Assembly: GCA_963733745.1 (NCBI GenBank) | Contig: CAVTFE010000002.1 | Coordinates: 70,558-134,557, forward strand | DNA from: an uncultured bacterium | GTDB taxonomy: Bacteria > Chloroflexota > Ktedonobacteria > Ktedonobacterales > JADMIN01 | Reading direction: 5' to 3' | DNA: 64,000 nucleotides | Shown here: positions 19,335-28,656 of the stretch, in pieces | Layout: every line of letters starts with the position of its first letter | How positions within the stretch are numbered: the first letter of the stretch is position 1 | The notes under the pieces: generated by a model | Databases searched by the model: none | What the model saw: the letters and a program-made list of their open reading frames with translations, nothing else | Told to the model about the DNA's origin: nothing | Translations under genes and position numbers: made by a program

Positions 19335-20564
19335 GTGCCACAAGAAGTGCGCATGCCTGCGCTGGGCCAGACGTCGGATGAGGTGCGCATCCTCTTATGG
19401 CGCAAGCGCGAAGGCGAGCGCGTCACGATAGGCGAGCCGCTCTTGGAGGTGGAGACAGATAAGGCGGCGCTGACCGTCGAATCCGCCTTTACCGGCACGA
19501 TGGCGAAGATCGAGCGCCAGGCCGGAGAGACTGTCGAGGCGGGAACCGTGATCGCCTATCTGCTCACAGCGGGGGAGGCTGGCGCGTCAAACGGCGCGCA
19601 GACAACTGGGGTGGGTATGGGCGACGAGGCGCATCCCGAAGGAACCTCGGTGAGGCGGCACAACGTTTCCGTGCTGGCGTCACCGGTGGCGCGGCGGCTC
19701 GCGCGGGAGCATGGGATTGAAATCGCCAGTGTGCGTGGCAGCGGACCGGACGGGCGTATCGAGCGGAGAGATGTCGAGGCGCTGATCGGCGCGATGACCG
19801 CTGTTGCAGAACCTATTCAAGCGTCGCCGGTTGTGGCGTCCACTAGGACTGCCTCTGCGACAGTTCCTGGGGAGACAGGGCAGCCGCTAGCCAGGATGCG
19901 GGATCGCGATGTTCCACGCCATCGTCAGGTGATCGCCCAGCGGCTGACACGGTCAGTCCAGATGACTCCGCAGATCACGCTGATGGCAACGGCGGATATG
20001 ACACGTGCGCGGGCCTGGCTCGACGCGCAGCGCGCCGCCGGTCTCGCCGGTCTGACGTACACACACCTCATCCTGCGTGCAGTGGCGCTGGCGCTGCGGG
20101 CGCATCCGAACATCAATACGCTGTGGCGCGCCGAGGGTCCATGGCTACGCGCATTGCCGCAGGCCGACGTCGGGCTGGCCATCGCCGGGAACGATACACT
20201 GCTGGTCACCACCATCGCTGAGCCAGATCAACAAGAGCTTTCACATCTTGTTCAGTCCGTAACAGAGGCGGCGGCGCGCGGGCGGGCGGGCGTGCTCACC
20301 CAGGCAGACCTTGCCCCAGCGGCGATCACGGTGAGCAACCTCGGGATGCATCGCGTCAGCGCGTTCGTGGCGATTGTGGACCCTGATCAGACGGCGATCC
20401 TGGCGATGGGGCAGGTGACGGAGCAGGCGGTAGCCAGAAACGGCGCGCTGTACGCCATTCCACAGGCCTCGCTGACACTGACGATAGATCATCGTGTAGC
20501 CGATGGTGTGGCGTCAGCGAGGTTCTTGGAGACAATCTGCGATTCCTTGGAAAGCGCTGAATGA
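19335..20564 (+). CDS. Dihydrolipoamide acyltransferase (E2) component
   Basis: Lipoyl domain (LLEVETDKAALTVES), E3-binding-like segment (ASPVARRLAREHGIEIASVRGSGPDGRI) and catalytic domain (TIDHRVADG). GTG at 19335 follows GGGAGAAG. Confidence 0.9.
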   Translation: MPQEVRMPALGQTSDEVRILLWRKREGERVTIGEPLLEVETDKAALTVESAFTGTMAKIERQAGETVEAGTVIAYLLTAGEAGASNGAQTTGVGMGDEAHPEGTSVRRHNVSVLASPVARRLAREHGIEIASVRGSGPDGRIERRDVEALIGAMTAVAEPIQASPVVASTRTASATVPGETGQPLARMRDRDVPRHRQVIAQRLTRSVQMTPQITLMATADMTRARAWLDAQRAAGLAGLTYTHLILRAVALALRAHPNINTLWRAEGPWLRALPQADVGLAIAGNDTLLVTTIAEPDQQELSHLVQSVTEAAARGRAGVLTQADLAPAAITVSNLGMHRVSAFVAIVDPDQTAILAMGQVTEQAVARNGALYAIPQASLTLTIDHRVADGVASARFLETICDSLESAE

Positions 20565-20692
20565 TAAGCGCCGCTCTCAATCCATGATCTGCGCTTCGAT
20601 GATACGGTAGCTAGCAACCTCCAAAAGTCACATGACCGACATACGGCGCTTGTCGCACAAGGTGAAGAGGTGTCGGTGAGGCGCCATGTCGC

Positions 20693-21037
20693 ATGTGCAA
20701 TAAATTGGAAGGTACTGGCTCAGCCCACATAGCACCTGACTTTCTAGCCTATTTCCCGCCGCATCTGTCAGAGGCTCGTCGAGAGCAATCGGCTGATCGA
20801 CGGCCACATCGGCTTCCTTCAGACCTCTGGCCGCAGATTCAGAAACGAGCGAGGCGTGAGTCGCTCCGCCTTCTGGCAGCAGAGTACGGCGTTTCCCATG
20901 AGGCCATCCGACGTATCGTCAATATGAAGGGCACAATGCGTAGCGATCGCCGTCGCAGTGCTTGGCAGAGAAATGCGAGCTTGATGCTGTTGACCGAGAC
21001 CCATGACGTCGGAAGAAGGAATACGATGGAACATTAG
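20693..21037 (+). CDS. Small helix-turn-helix protein, paralog family A copy 2
   Basis: RRPHRLPSDLWPQIQKRARRESLRLLAAEYGVSHEAIRRIVNMK aligns with 14499..14882 at roughly 70-75% nucleotide identity by eye over the shared part. Confidence 0.55.
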   Translation: MCNKLEGTGSAHIAPDFLAYFPPHLSEARREQSADRRPHRLPSDLWPQIQKRARRESLRLLAAEYGVSHEAIRRIVNMKGTMRSDRRRSAWQRNASLMLLTETHDVGRRNTMEH

Positions 21038-21040
21038 GAC

Positions 21041-21268
21041 TTGGTCAAGGAGTGGGTCTACTGGACCGACGACCTGACCGCGCAGGAGTTCATGGATTAC
21101 AGCCGTGCACAAGGACATCCGACTATCGGCGCCGCGGTGGATGCGTATGTCGTTGAGATCCCAGGGCTGGATCGTGCGTGGGCGGGGCTGAACGCCGAGG
21201 AGTTGGAGGAGATCCGCGACGTGCTGATGTCATATCTCTTCCTCACGCGTGGCACAGAGTGGATATGA
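21041..21268 (+). CDS. Hypothetical small protein
   Basis: ORF only. TTG start (or ATG at 21092). Protein-like composition (EELEEIRDVLMSYLFLTRG). Confidence 0.3.
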   Translation: MVKEWVYWTDDLTAQEFMDYSRAQGHPTIGAAVDAYVVEIPGLDRAWAGLNAEELEEIRDVLMSYLFLTRGTEWI

Positions 21269-21393
21269 TGTCCTGTGCCCAGGCTAATTCAGACGACCTG
21301 TTGCCCACTTGTCATGATGTCGCTGTGGAGGCACGCATCTCCATCATGCCTGCCCCTAATCCGCATTCACGACCTTCGCCATACAGCCGGGCG

Positions 21394-22500
21394 TCATGTT
21401 ATTGGTGAATAATCAGCAGGCCACCAGTGATAGTGCGTCGCTGATTGGATGGTCGCTCTCAGGGCGGGATCGGTCTGCAGCGCTGCGCAGCGGTCCAGCT
21501 GGAGCGTGTCGAGCTCCTCCAGATCCGCTGGACGGCGGTTGACCAACGGCGTGTTCGAGTAGGTCCACAAGCGCTCGGCCGGCTGCAAGCTCCGGGGTGT
21601 AGGGGGGCAAGGGCACGAGATGCACGTGGGGCGGGATGACGCACCCGTTGGCTCATGTGCCACCCCGCCTGGTCCACCACCAGCACGATCTCCTTGCCAG
21701 GACCTGCTCCTGCCTGCTGCGCAAAGGCGGCCAGCGAGCGGGTGAAGAGCTCGACGTTGATCCCTGAGGAGCCAGATGCCACTGTGTCCGTCCCGAGGCG
21801 GGATGGACATAGCCGCACAGATACCGCCAGCGATAGCGCGGATGAATCGTGATTACCGGTCGCTGTCCTCGCGGCGCCCAGATGCGGCGCAGGATGGGCT
21901 TGAGGCCGATGCGATGCTCATCGCTTGCCCAGACCTCCACCGCCGCCCCTGGATGCGCCTCGTGCACCGCCGCTACCTTGGTTTCCAGCTTTTTTTCCAG
22001 GCGGCGCGCTCCTCTTGGCTGGCCGCCTTGGTGTGGCGTGGTCGCGGGGCTTGGGGAGTGAAGTCGAGCAGGCGCAGATAGTGCAACGCCGTCTGGGCAC
22101 TCACCCGTCGCCCCGCTCGCGCGCTCAGCCACGCCGCCACCGTGCGGCTGTTCCACACATCATCCTGCGGCGCCGGCCCCACGAGCGCCGCCCGCAACTC
22201 CTCGCGGTCGTGGGTGGTGGGCAAGAGCGTGCGGGGATCGGGGCGCCGCGCGGGCCGATGCGCCCGCCGGCGATGATTGACGAGGCCGTCCGCTCCCTCG
22301 TCGTGGTAGCGGCGCGCGACCTGCCCGATCCAGTACGCGGAGTAGCCCGTCATCTGGGCCACGACATACGCCGGGTGGCCCTGCGCCAAGAGCCAGAGGA
22401 GCTGCCAGTGACTGCGCTCCATCCCCTCACTGGCGCGACGGTAGCGCTGCTCCAGTTCGTCCACACTCAGTTTTGTCGAAAGCTTGATGCGTCTTGCCAT
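21394..22500 (-). mobile_element. IS630-family transposase gene, multiply frameshifted (decayed IS copy)
   Basis: N-terminal HTH ORF at 21973..22500. A7 slippery run on the minus strand (T7 at 21990-21996) where ...EERAAWKK joins KLETKVAAVHE... The DDE region is spread over at least 3 further frames (VVDQAGWHMS / HLVPLPPYTPEL / QPAERLWTYSN). Confidence 0.8.
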
Positions 22501-22722
22501 GCCTCTATTCTACATCAACACGTCCTTATTTGGTATTACTCATGCTGGCGCAAGGCGTGCCAGCGCCCGAAGCTCAGCGCATCCTTGGGCATGCCAGCGT
22601 AGATATTACCCATCGACTCTAGGCCCACGCCGTTCCACAGGCGCAACAGCAGGCGCTAAACGCGATGGAGCGCATCCTTAAGGGCGGATAATTGGAAGGG
22701 AAGCGCCCCGAAATGAGCGGCA

Positions 22723-23421
22723 TTATGTGTTGATGTTGCGCCGACGGGCGACCTCGAGCGCAGCGTCGAGAAAGGCGTGGATGACGGGGTGGAGGCTCCC
22801 CGTCTGGCTCGCGCCGACCTGTGGCTGAAAGGCGGTGGCCACAAAGAACGGGTGGTCGCCCAGCTCGATCGCTTCGACACCGGCGTCCGCCGCGCGTGCC
22901 CCAACCGTCACGCCGCGCTGAGTGAGGAGCGGGACATACTGCTCCGAGAGTCCATAGCCGCACCAGTGAAAGCCCTCGAACGGCTCGTCCCCGCACAGCT
23001 GAGCTAGGCGTGTCCCAGGAACCGGCATTACCAGACGGCGCTCTCCGTAGAGGCTACAGGTGAGCGGTTGGACCACTAGCTCGTCTCCACCTGGGTCGCT
23101 CTCCGCATGGCGGGCGGACGGCAGATCGGCCAGAGAGCGGGCCAGTTCGACACACGCATACTGAAAGCCTGCGCAGGTCCCCAAGAAGGGTGTGGTCGTG
23201 ACCAGACAGTGCCGAATCGCCGCATAGGCCGTCTCATCGTCGCGATAGGGGCTGCCGGGGACGAGCCACACGCCACACGCGTCCTCGAGACGGCGCGCCG
23301 CTGGATCGTCTGTAGCGGTCCAGCCAGTTCGTGTGCTGTCGGGGAAGAGCGCCAGGGCGGCATCGAGCTCGCGGTGGGTGAGGTACCGCAGGTCTCGATC
23401 GCCCAGTACTACGATGCGCAC
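22723..23421 (-). CDS. Class I glutamine amidotransferase-like protein (CTP synthase C-terminal domain-like)
   Basis: VRIVVLGD..., nucleophile-elbow-like FLGTCAGFQ and HPFFVATAFQP resemble stand-alone CTP-synthase-type GATase domains. The GTG at 23421 follows GGGGGAG. Confidence 0.65.
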   Translation of the reverse strand: MRIVVLGDRDLRYLTHRELDAALALFPDSTRTGWTATDDPAARRLEDACGVWLVPGSPYRDDETAYAAIRHCLVTTTPFLGTCAGFQYACVELARSLADLPSARHAESDPGGDELVVQPLTCSLYGERRLVMPVPGTRLAQLCGDEPFEGFHWCGYGLSEQYVPLLTQRGVTVGARAADAGVEAIELGDHPFFVATAFQPQVGASQTGSLHPVIHAFLDAALEVARRRNINT

Positions 23422-23554
23422 TGATCTCCCCCTCTCGGCGGGGCCTAATTCCACTCCTTGATCGCGCATCTCAGCAGTCTACCACTGAATGGCGTCAAGT
23501 TGTATTCGTGCAGGCGCCGCCACAGCACAATCACGCAAGCCAATCCAGTAGTTC

Positions 23555-24961
23555 TCACTCGGATGTGGCTCGAAGGCTATCGAGCGCTTGAATCCCAGTA
23601 TTGTCTTCTGCAGGCTTGGTTCTTATCTCGCTTTGAGGCATCTGCACATGGCGGAAAAGCGCCCACAGCACGAGGTCATAGATTGCCTTGAGTCCTCCAG
23701 CGATCAAGAATGGGGCGCCAAGGGCTAGCAGCGAACCGCGCAGCAACGCTCCGGCAAGCGCAGGACTCACCGCTGCGCCTGCGCTGCGGGCGACCGAGGT
23801 GACGCTGGCCGCTGCCGTTCTCTCACCAGGGGTGACCAGCGCCATGGTGTAGGCTTGACGGGTAGGCACATCAAGCTGCGAGAGGCACTGCCGGAGCAGC
23901 AGGATGGCGGCGGCCAACGAAAATGTGGGCATGAGGGGCACGAAGAGCAACAAGATATTGCTGGGCAGGTGCGTGAAGACCATTGTGTTGAGCAGACCGA
24001 ACCGCCGCGCCAGCGCAGGAGCCGCCAGGAAGGACAGTGCGGACAGCAGATTCGCCCCAAAGAACAGCACGGCGAGCAGGCCGAGCGAGACATCAAAGCG
24101 CAGGTGGAAGTAGAGCGCCATCAACGTTTGCGCGATCAGCCCGCCAGCAAAGGCGTCGAGGCTAAAGAGGCCGGAGAGGCGCAGCACGGTGCGTCGCGAG
24201 TGCGGGAGTGAGGGCCAAATGTCCCCGCGTCTCCGCTGGGTTGGCACATCGCCTACACTGGCGTCAGCTCGGGGTGCAACCGCTTGTCCCACGTTGGGCG
24301 CTTCAACTATTGGCGAGAGTCGGACCGCCAGAAATGCCACGAGGAGTGCAGCGCTGGCATAGAGCGCAAATATCAGGGCAAGGCTCAGATCTTGCGGCGT
24401 CCCGTAGTTGGTCAACAGATCAGGCAATCCAGCTGCCAACGCGCCGACTGCCGCCGCCATCACCGCCACCAGGTTATAGGTGGCAAACCGACGTGTGCTG
24501 TCGTGAGCCTCGCCCACCTGGCCCAGCATAGCCTGTTCAATGGGAAGAAACGGCGCCGTCTCGGAGGCGGAGGTTCCGAGGGTGCCAAAGAAAGCGGCGA
24601 CCAACAGCAGTGGATACCACCCGACGAAGCCAAAGACGAGCCCCGTCGCGGCCATGAGAAGCGCCAACACGACCAGTGTGCGCCGCCGTCCCCAGGTATC
24701 GGCTCTGCGCCCAATCAGCAGGGTGCCAAGTAGATCACCTGCCAGCGACACCGAGACAATCACGCCGATGCCGATTGGCGACATACCCTGGCGGCTCAGC
24801 GTCACCGCCAGCACGACCGCGACCATGCTGTAGCCGAATTGGCGCAGCCCTCGCGCCGTCATGATCAGGCGGACATCGCGCACAGCAGACCCTTTCCCAA
24901 GGATGCGTCTGTCTCTAAATCGAAGGCGCTTACCCTGTGCGACGCCGGCGATTAGCCACAT
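23555..24961 (-). CDS. MFS transporter
   Basis: About 12 predicted TM segments. MFS-type loop motif GRRADTWGRRR. Confidence 0.85.
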   Translation of the reverse strand: MWLIAGVAQGKRLRFRDRRILGKGSAVRDVRLIMTARGLRQFGYSMVAVVLAVTLSRQGMSPIGIGVIVSVSLAGDLLGTLLIGRRADTWGRRRTLVVLALLMAATGLVFGFVGWYPLLLVAAFFGTLGTSASETAPFLPIEQAMLGQVGEAHDSTRRFATYNLVAVMAAAVGALAAGLPDLLTNYGTPQDLSLALIFALYASAALLVAFLAVRLSPIVEAPNVGQAVAPRADASVGDVPTQRRRGDIWPSLPHSRRTVLRLSGLFSLDAFAGGLIAQTLMALYFHLRFDVSLGLLAVLFFGANLLSALSFLAAPALARRFGLLNTMVFTHLPSNILLLFVPLMPTFSLAAAILLLRQCLSQLDVPTRQAYTMALVTPGERTAAASVTSVARSAGAAVSPALAGALLRGSLLALGAPFLIAGGLKAIYDLVLWALFRHVQMPQSEIRTKPAEDNTGIQALDSLRATSE

Positions 24962-25712
24962 GGATGGGTTGTGCTCGCTGGCAGCCCAGGCAGAGGCGCG
25001 ATGGAGGCAAGCATATGAGTCCAGATGTCAGCGTACTGCGGCAAGACCGGCTGCCCGCTCCGGCTAGTCATGTGAATCTCGATGGCGACGCCGTTGAGGA
25101 CCAGGTTTAGGTACACTGTATCACCCTGATCGCGCTGCCATGCTGGAATCCGGGTGTTCCCAGCGCCAGCTTGGATGGGGGTTCCGCCCTGTGGGCAGAT
25201 GTTGTGGTCTGTGATCTTGGTCGAGTAGAGCACTGACATCTTGACCCCGCCTCCAGACGCTGAAGCGGCGTAGAGAGGGTGGCCCCATTGTAGGCTAAGT
25301 CGACGCCCTGCCCGCTGAAGTCGTTGATGAAGTAGCCATGTGACGAGCCGAGCACGCCCGGCACGTCCACGCGGAAACCGCCGTCGTAGAGGGTGAACGT
25401 GTCCCAGTCCCTGTTCCCAGGCGTCGCAGTCGCCGCGACGGTGGCTGTCGCCTGAACGCTGCTACTGGACGCAGCGGACGTGGCGGCGGGCAGGATGGTG
25501 GGCGGTCCGGCTAAGACGCTTGCAAGCAGTGGCGCAACCACGCCGTACAAGCACGCCGTGAGCAGTGCGATGGCTGTGAGCGTGACCAAAACGGCCACGC
25601 CCAGCAGCACGCCGCGGCGTCCTTTTAGCCCTCGCTGCAGGCTGGATCCAGATGGATGGGTGTCTCGTGCCCGCCAACCAGCTCTCCCGCTGTCATTCCT
25701 TAAACGCGCCAT
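24952..25712 (-). pseudogene. Membrane-anchored secreted protein. Either frameshifted near 25240-25290 or two overlapping ORFs (25107..25712 and 24952..25239).
   Basis: The upstream frame reads protein-like up to ...FSGQGVDLAYNG and then turns low-complexity. A second frame is open across the same point and reads ...HPLYAASASGGGVKMSVLYSTKITDHN... A C4/G4 run lies at 25283-25286. Counter-evidence: GGAGG sits about 10 nt before the ATG at 25239. Confidence 0.45.
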
Positions 25713-26157
25713 TAGGCTTGCCCTGCGCCACTATCGCCTGACAGTAGGCGTAGAGCGCGTCGTAGACGATCCACTCGGCGGCGTTTTGCTCGTGGTCATT
25801 TGCATAGCCAAGATGACGGAAGCCCTCGGCGATGGCCTCCAATCCCGCTCCCTCAGGCTGATTCCAGAGCGTGTTATCGGTGTCGGCGCCGTTGACAATC
25901 TTGCCCAGCAGGACTAGCGCAGAGTCCTGGTCGAGCTGATACTTCTTCAGGATCGCTTCGAAGGAGCACTCCTTGCCATGATGTCCTAACTCCACGTCTT
26001 TCACATCGTAGGGGGTAGCTCCTTCACGTGTGGCGATCTCCATCACCTGGTCGGCAGGAACGAAGAGGAACTCGGCGTCGTCGTCCACGAATTTCTTGAT
26101 GAGCCAGGGGCAGGCCACACGATCCACCTTCACGTGTTCGCGGGTGATCCACTTCAT
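25693..26157 (-). CDS. ChrB C-terminal (chromate-resistance, rhodanese-like) domain protein, copy 2
   Basis: MKWITREHVKVDRVACPWLIKKFVDDDAEFLFVPADQV...ELGHHGKECSFEAILKKYQLDQD matches the ChrB C-terminal domain pattern. Confidence 0.8.
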   Translation of the reverse strand: MKWITREHVKVDRVACPWLIKKFVDDDAEFLFVPADQVMEIATREGATPYDVKDVELGHHGKECSFEAILKKYQLDQDSALVLLGKIVNGADTDNTLWNQPEGAGLEAIAEGFRHLGYANDHEQNAAEWIVYDALYAYCQAIVAQGKPNGAFKE

Positions 26158-26224
26158 GATCTCGCCTCTCTTCTGAAACACCGCATCTCACGAGCCGCTA
26201 TTTTGCTGGCACGGCTTGCCACGG

Positions 26225-27163
26225 TTACGACGCTGGCGCTGCACGCTCGTCATACACGGCGACACGGCAGGTAGCAGGTAGGAAGACATAGAGCCGTTGG
26301 CGGGCGGGGTCGAACGCGGTGGTATGTGCCCCACGCTCGGTGGAAATCTCTTCCTCGAGGGTCATGGTTTGGGTGTTGATCACGTCAACCACACCAGGGT
26401 CTTCAATAGCTACATACAATCGCTGACGTCGCGCGTTGTACCAGATGGCGTCCGGCGGGCCTGCGATAGGCGCCTGGCCCACCTCGTGCCCATCTTCTAG
26501 CTCGAGTGCGGCCACTACTCCAGCGTCGCAGGCGACGAAGGCGCGTTCTCCATCAGTATCGAGGTCCAAGCCATGCGGTCCTGCCGCGGAAACGGGCCAC
26601 AATGCAACCTGCTCACCGCTGACCGCTGAAAGGACTGCGACACACGCTGGCTCACGAATGTTGACGAGAAAGCGGGAACGTGGGGCATCATAGACGCACC
26701 ACCGTGGCCGACCGGGAAGCGGCACTGTCAGATCAGTCTGCCAGGAGGAGTCCCATGAGGAGCCGACCGGGGAGAGGAGCAGCGCCTGGTTCTCCTGCAC
26801 ATCCGCCACGAGCAGGCGCTTGCGCTGAATGTCCCAGGCCAGCCCATTGGGTCGGGGGCCAACGGTGATCTCGCTCAGCGTTCGCCCGGTGGCCGCTTCG
26901 ATGACGAGCGCCTTCCCCGCGCCGCGCGCCGCCGCGAAGACGATTCCTTCTTCCTGTGCGCACAGCACACCACTACCTTCTGGACAGCCTGGAATGGTCT
27001 TGAGGTGCTTATGGGTGAGACCATCCACGATCTCAACGGTATTCGCTGCGGTGTGTGCGACAAAGACGCGACCGGTGGCCCGGTGGACATCACCATGATC
27101 GAACTCGCTTGTCCCGTCGTTTCGTGGCGGCGGAAGATCGACATATCCACGAAGTTCAAGCAT
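26225..27163 (-). CDS. YncE/YVTN-like beta-propeller repeat protein
   Basis: AAGGAGG precedes the ATG at 27163. Repeated blades of the type GPRPNGLAWD..RLLVAD, GPHGLDLD..RAFVA, PPDAIWYN..RLYVA, GAHTTAFD..RLYVF. Confidence 0.65.
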   Translation of the reverse strand: MLELRGYVDLPPPRNDGTSEFDHGDVHRATGRVFVAHTAANTVEIVDGLTHKHLKTIPGCPEGSGVLCAQEEGIVFAAARGAGKALVIEAATGRTLSEITVGPRPNGLAWDIQRKRLLVADVQENQALLLSPVGSSWDSSWQTDLTVPLPGRPRWCVYDAPRSRFLVNIREPACVAVLSAVSGEQVALWPVSAAGPHGLDLDTDGERAFVACDAGVVAALELEDGHEVGQAPIAGPPDAIWYNARRQRLYVAIEDPGVVDVINTQTMTLEEEISTERGAHTTAFDPARQRLYVFLPATCRVAVYDERAAPAS

Positions 27164-27250
27164 CTCCACCCCTCCTTCCTTGCGCATGTCTGCGCCGCCA
27201 TGCTTGCTCTTGTTCTCAATGCGGTCCGATCAGCAGCAAAACGGTGAGTG

Positions 27251-27631
27251 TCAGATCGTGACGATGTTGACGACGAGCGCGACCAGAACAGCCAGCGCTT
27301 GCGCTGACGCCCACCGTTCTGAAGCGCCACGCAGCCCGGTGTAGACGCCAACGGCGACGAAGGCGACTGGTCCACTGAGCACATCGGCGGGGCTGACGCC
27401 AGGAATCGGATCATCGTTGAGCGCTGGGATATTTGCACCCAACCGCCAGAGCAACACTCCCAATCCTGCGGCAATCCCGATGACGAGCGCGTCCACAAGC
27501 GAGCTTGCGCTTGTTATTGGTGCCTGGCTTGCTGAGTTCGCTCGGCGGCGAGCCATAGTGACCCAGGCCAGCGCCGCAGTAAGCGCCGCGGTAATGAGTG
27601 AGGTTAGCGCAATGTGCCAAGCAGGAAACAT
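27251..27631 (-). CDS. Small integral membrane protein (about 4 TM)
   Basis: GGAGG precedes the ATG at 27631. Hydrophobic segments throughout. Sits 4 nt downstream of the preceding chrB-C gene. Confidence 0.6.
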   Translation of the reverse strand: MFPAWHIALTSLITAALTAALAWVTMARRRANSASQAPITSASSLVDALVIGIAAGLGVLLWRLGANIPALNDDPIPGVSPADVLSGPVAFVAVGVYTGLRGASERWASAQALAVLVALVVNIVTI

Positions 27632-27635
27632 CCGG

Positions 27636-28052
27636 CTAGCCTCCTGCCCCCAACTGCGCGTAGAGCGCGTCATAGAGTATCACGCCGTAGTCAACCGCAA
27701 TGTGATCATCAGAGCTGATGCGACGGAGTCCGCGACAGACCAGATCAACGCCCGCGGCCGCCGGCTCGAGTTCAACGTCCTGCACGGTGTCCGCCTCATC
27801 TACAATGCGCGCAATATGCGCCAGCACCGGATCGTCTAGGTCATATGCTGCGAGGAACGTCGCAAACGAACAGCGTCCCTGGTGATGCGAGAGCCGCGTC
27901 CCTGGGATATCAAACGGCTCCGCATCAGGCGGGAAGGTGGCGCTGCCCTCGGGAATGAAGAGAAACTGTGCCTCGGGATCGATATGCCGGCGAATGAGCC
28001 AGGCGCACGCCATACGATCGATGCCAATGCCAGCCCAGGTGACCCACCGCAT
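27636..28052 (-). CDS. ChrB C-terminal (chromate-resistance) domain protein, copy 1
   Basis: MRWVTWAGIGIDRMACAWLIRRHIDPEAQFLFIP...LSHHQGRCSFATFLAAYDLDDP. The RBS AAGGAGGGA is embedded in the end of the upstream gene (TGAgATG junction). Confidence 0.8.
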   Translation of the reverse strand: MRWVTWAGIGIDRMACAWLIRRHIDPEAQFLFIPEGSATFPPDAEPFDIPGTRLSHHQGRCSFATFLAAYDLDDPVLAHIARIVDEADTVQDVELEPAAAGVDLVCRGLRRISSDDHIAVDYGVILYDALYAQLGAGG

Positions 28053-28053
28053 C

Positions 28054-28557
28054 TCATCCCTCCTTTCGTGTCACTTCTCGTCGTGTCACTTCTCGCCTTT
28101 CCGCCGCAGGGGATTTCACCTTCGCGATCCCCAATGCCTCTAGCCGAGCGCGCGCCGTCTCTGCTGATGGGGCGTGAAAGTAATCACACGCTGCGACGGC
28201 TTGATAGCGCCGCGCCAGCGTCGCTGGCTCCGCTTCCCGCGTATCAAGCGCAGCAAGGATCGCCTGGTATCCCGCCTCGGCCTGCGCCTGAAAGAGCGCG
28301 ACGAGCGCGTCGTCTTGCCCTGGCAGCCCTTGCTCAGCGATCCACACATGCGCCTCGCCACCCGACTCGCCAACCTCAGCCGCGAGCCAGCGAAAATGCT
28401 CAATGAGCGGTGGTCTGGCAGGTAACACCCAGACCGCGTCATGCAGCAGCAGCGCGTTCAGTTTCTTGAGCTTGCGCCAGGCGGCGACGCGCGGTGCAGA
28501 GGGTTCGCGCGGCAGTGTGTAAAGCAGCAATACCCAGGACAATTGCTCGTTCGCCAT
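28054..28557 (-). CDS. ChrB N-terminal domain protein (split ChrB)
   Basis: LSWVLLLYTLPREPSAPRVAAWRKLKKLNALLLHDAVWVLPARP matches the ChrB N-terminal pattern. Confidence 0.75.
   Translation of the reverse strand: MANEQLSWVLLLYTLPREPSAPRVAAWRKLKKLNALLLHDAVWVLPARPPLIEHFRWLAAEVGESGGEAHVWIAEQGLPGQDDALVALFQAQAEAGYQAILAALDTREAEPATLARRYQAVAACDYFHAPSAETARARLEALGIAKVKSPAAERREVTRREVTRKEG
28067..28096 (-). repeat. In-frame 15-bp tandem duplication (CGTGTCACTTCTCGT / CGTGTCACTTCTCGC) encoding REVTRREVTR
   Basis: Read directly, at the 3' end of the chrB-N gene. Confidence 0.95.
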
Positions 28558-28587
28558 GGCGCGCTTGTTCCCATCTCATCGTCTGCA

Positions 28588-28610
28588 GTGAACCGCAACC
28601 ACGGTTACTT
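28588..28610. promoter_or_regulatory. Inverted repeat GTGAACCG-N6-CGGTTAC upstream of the chrB-like operon
   Basis: Read directly. Shares the AACCG/CGGTT half-site with the double palindrome at 29961-29990. Confidence 0.3.
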
Positions 28611-28656
28611 CATAGCATGGTCTTCCTCGGAACGCAAGCTCTGCATCGACTCCCGG

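Noticed and set aside
21925-22602. 225-aa plus-strand ORF across the IS630 copy
   Set aside because: It is antisense to clearly recognisable IS630 transposase fragments, and its Pro/Arg-rich composition is that of an artefact.
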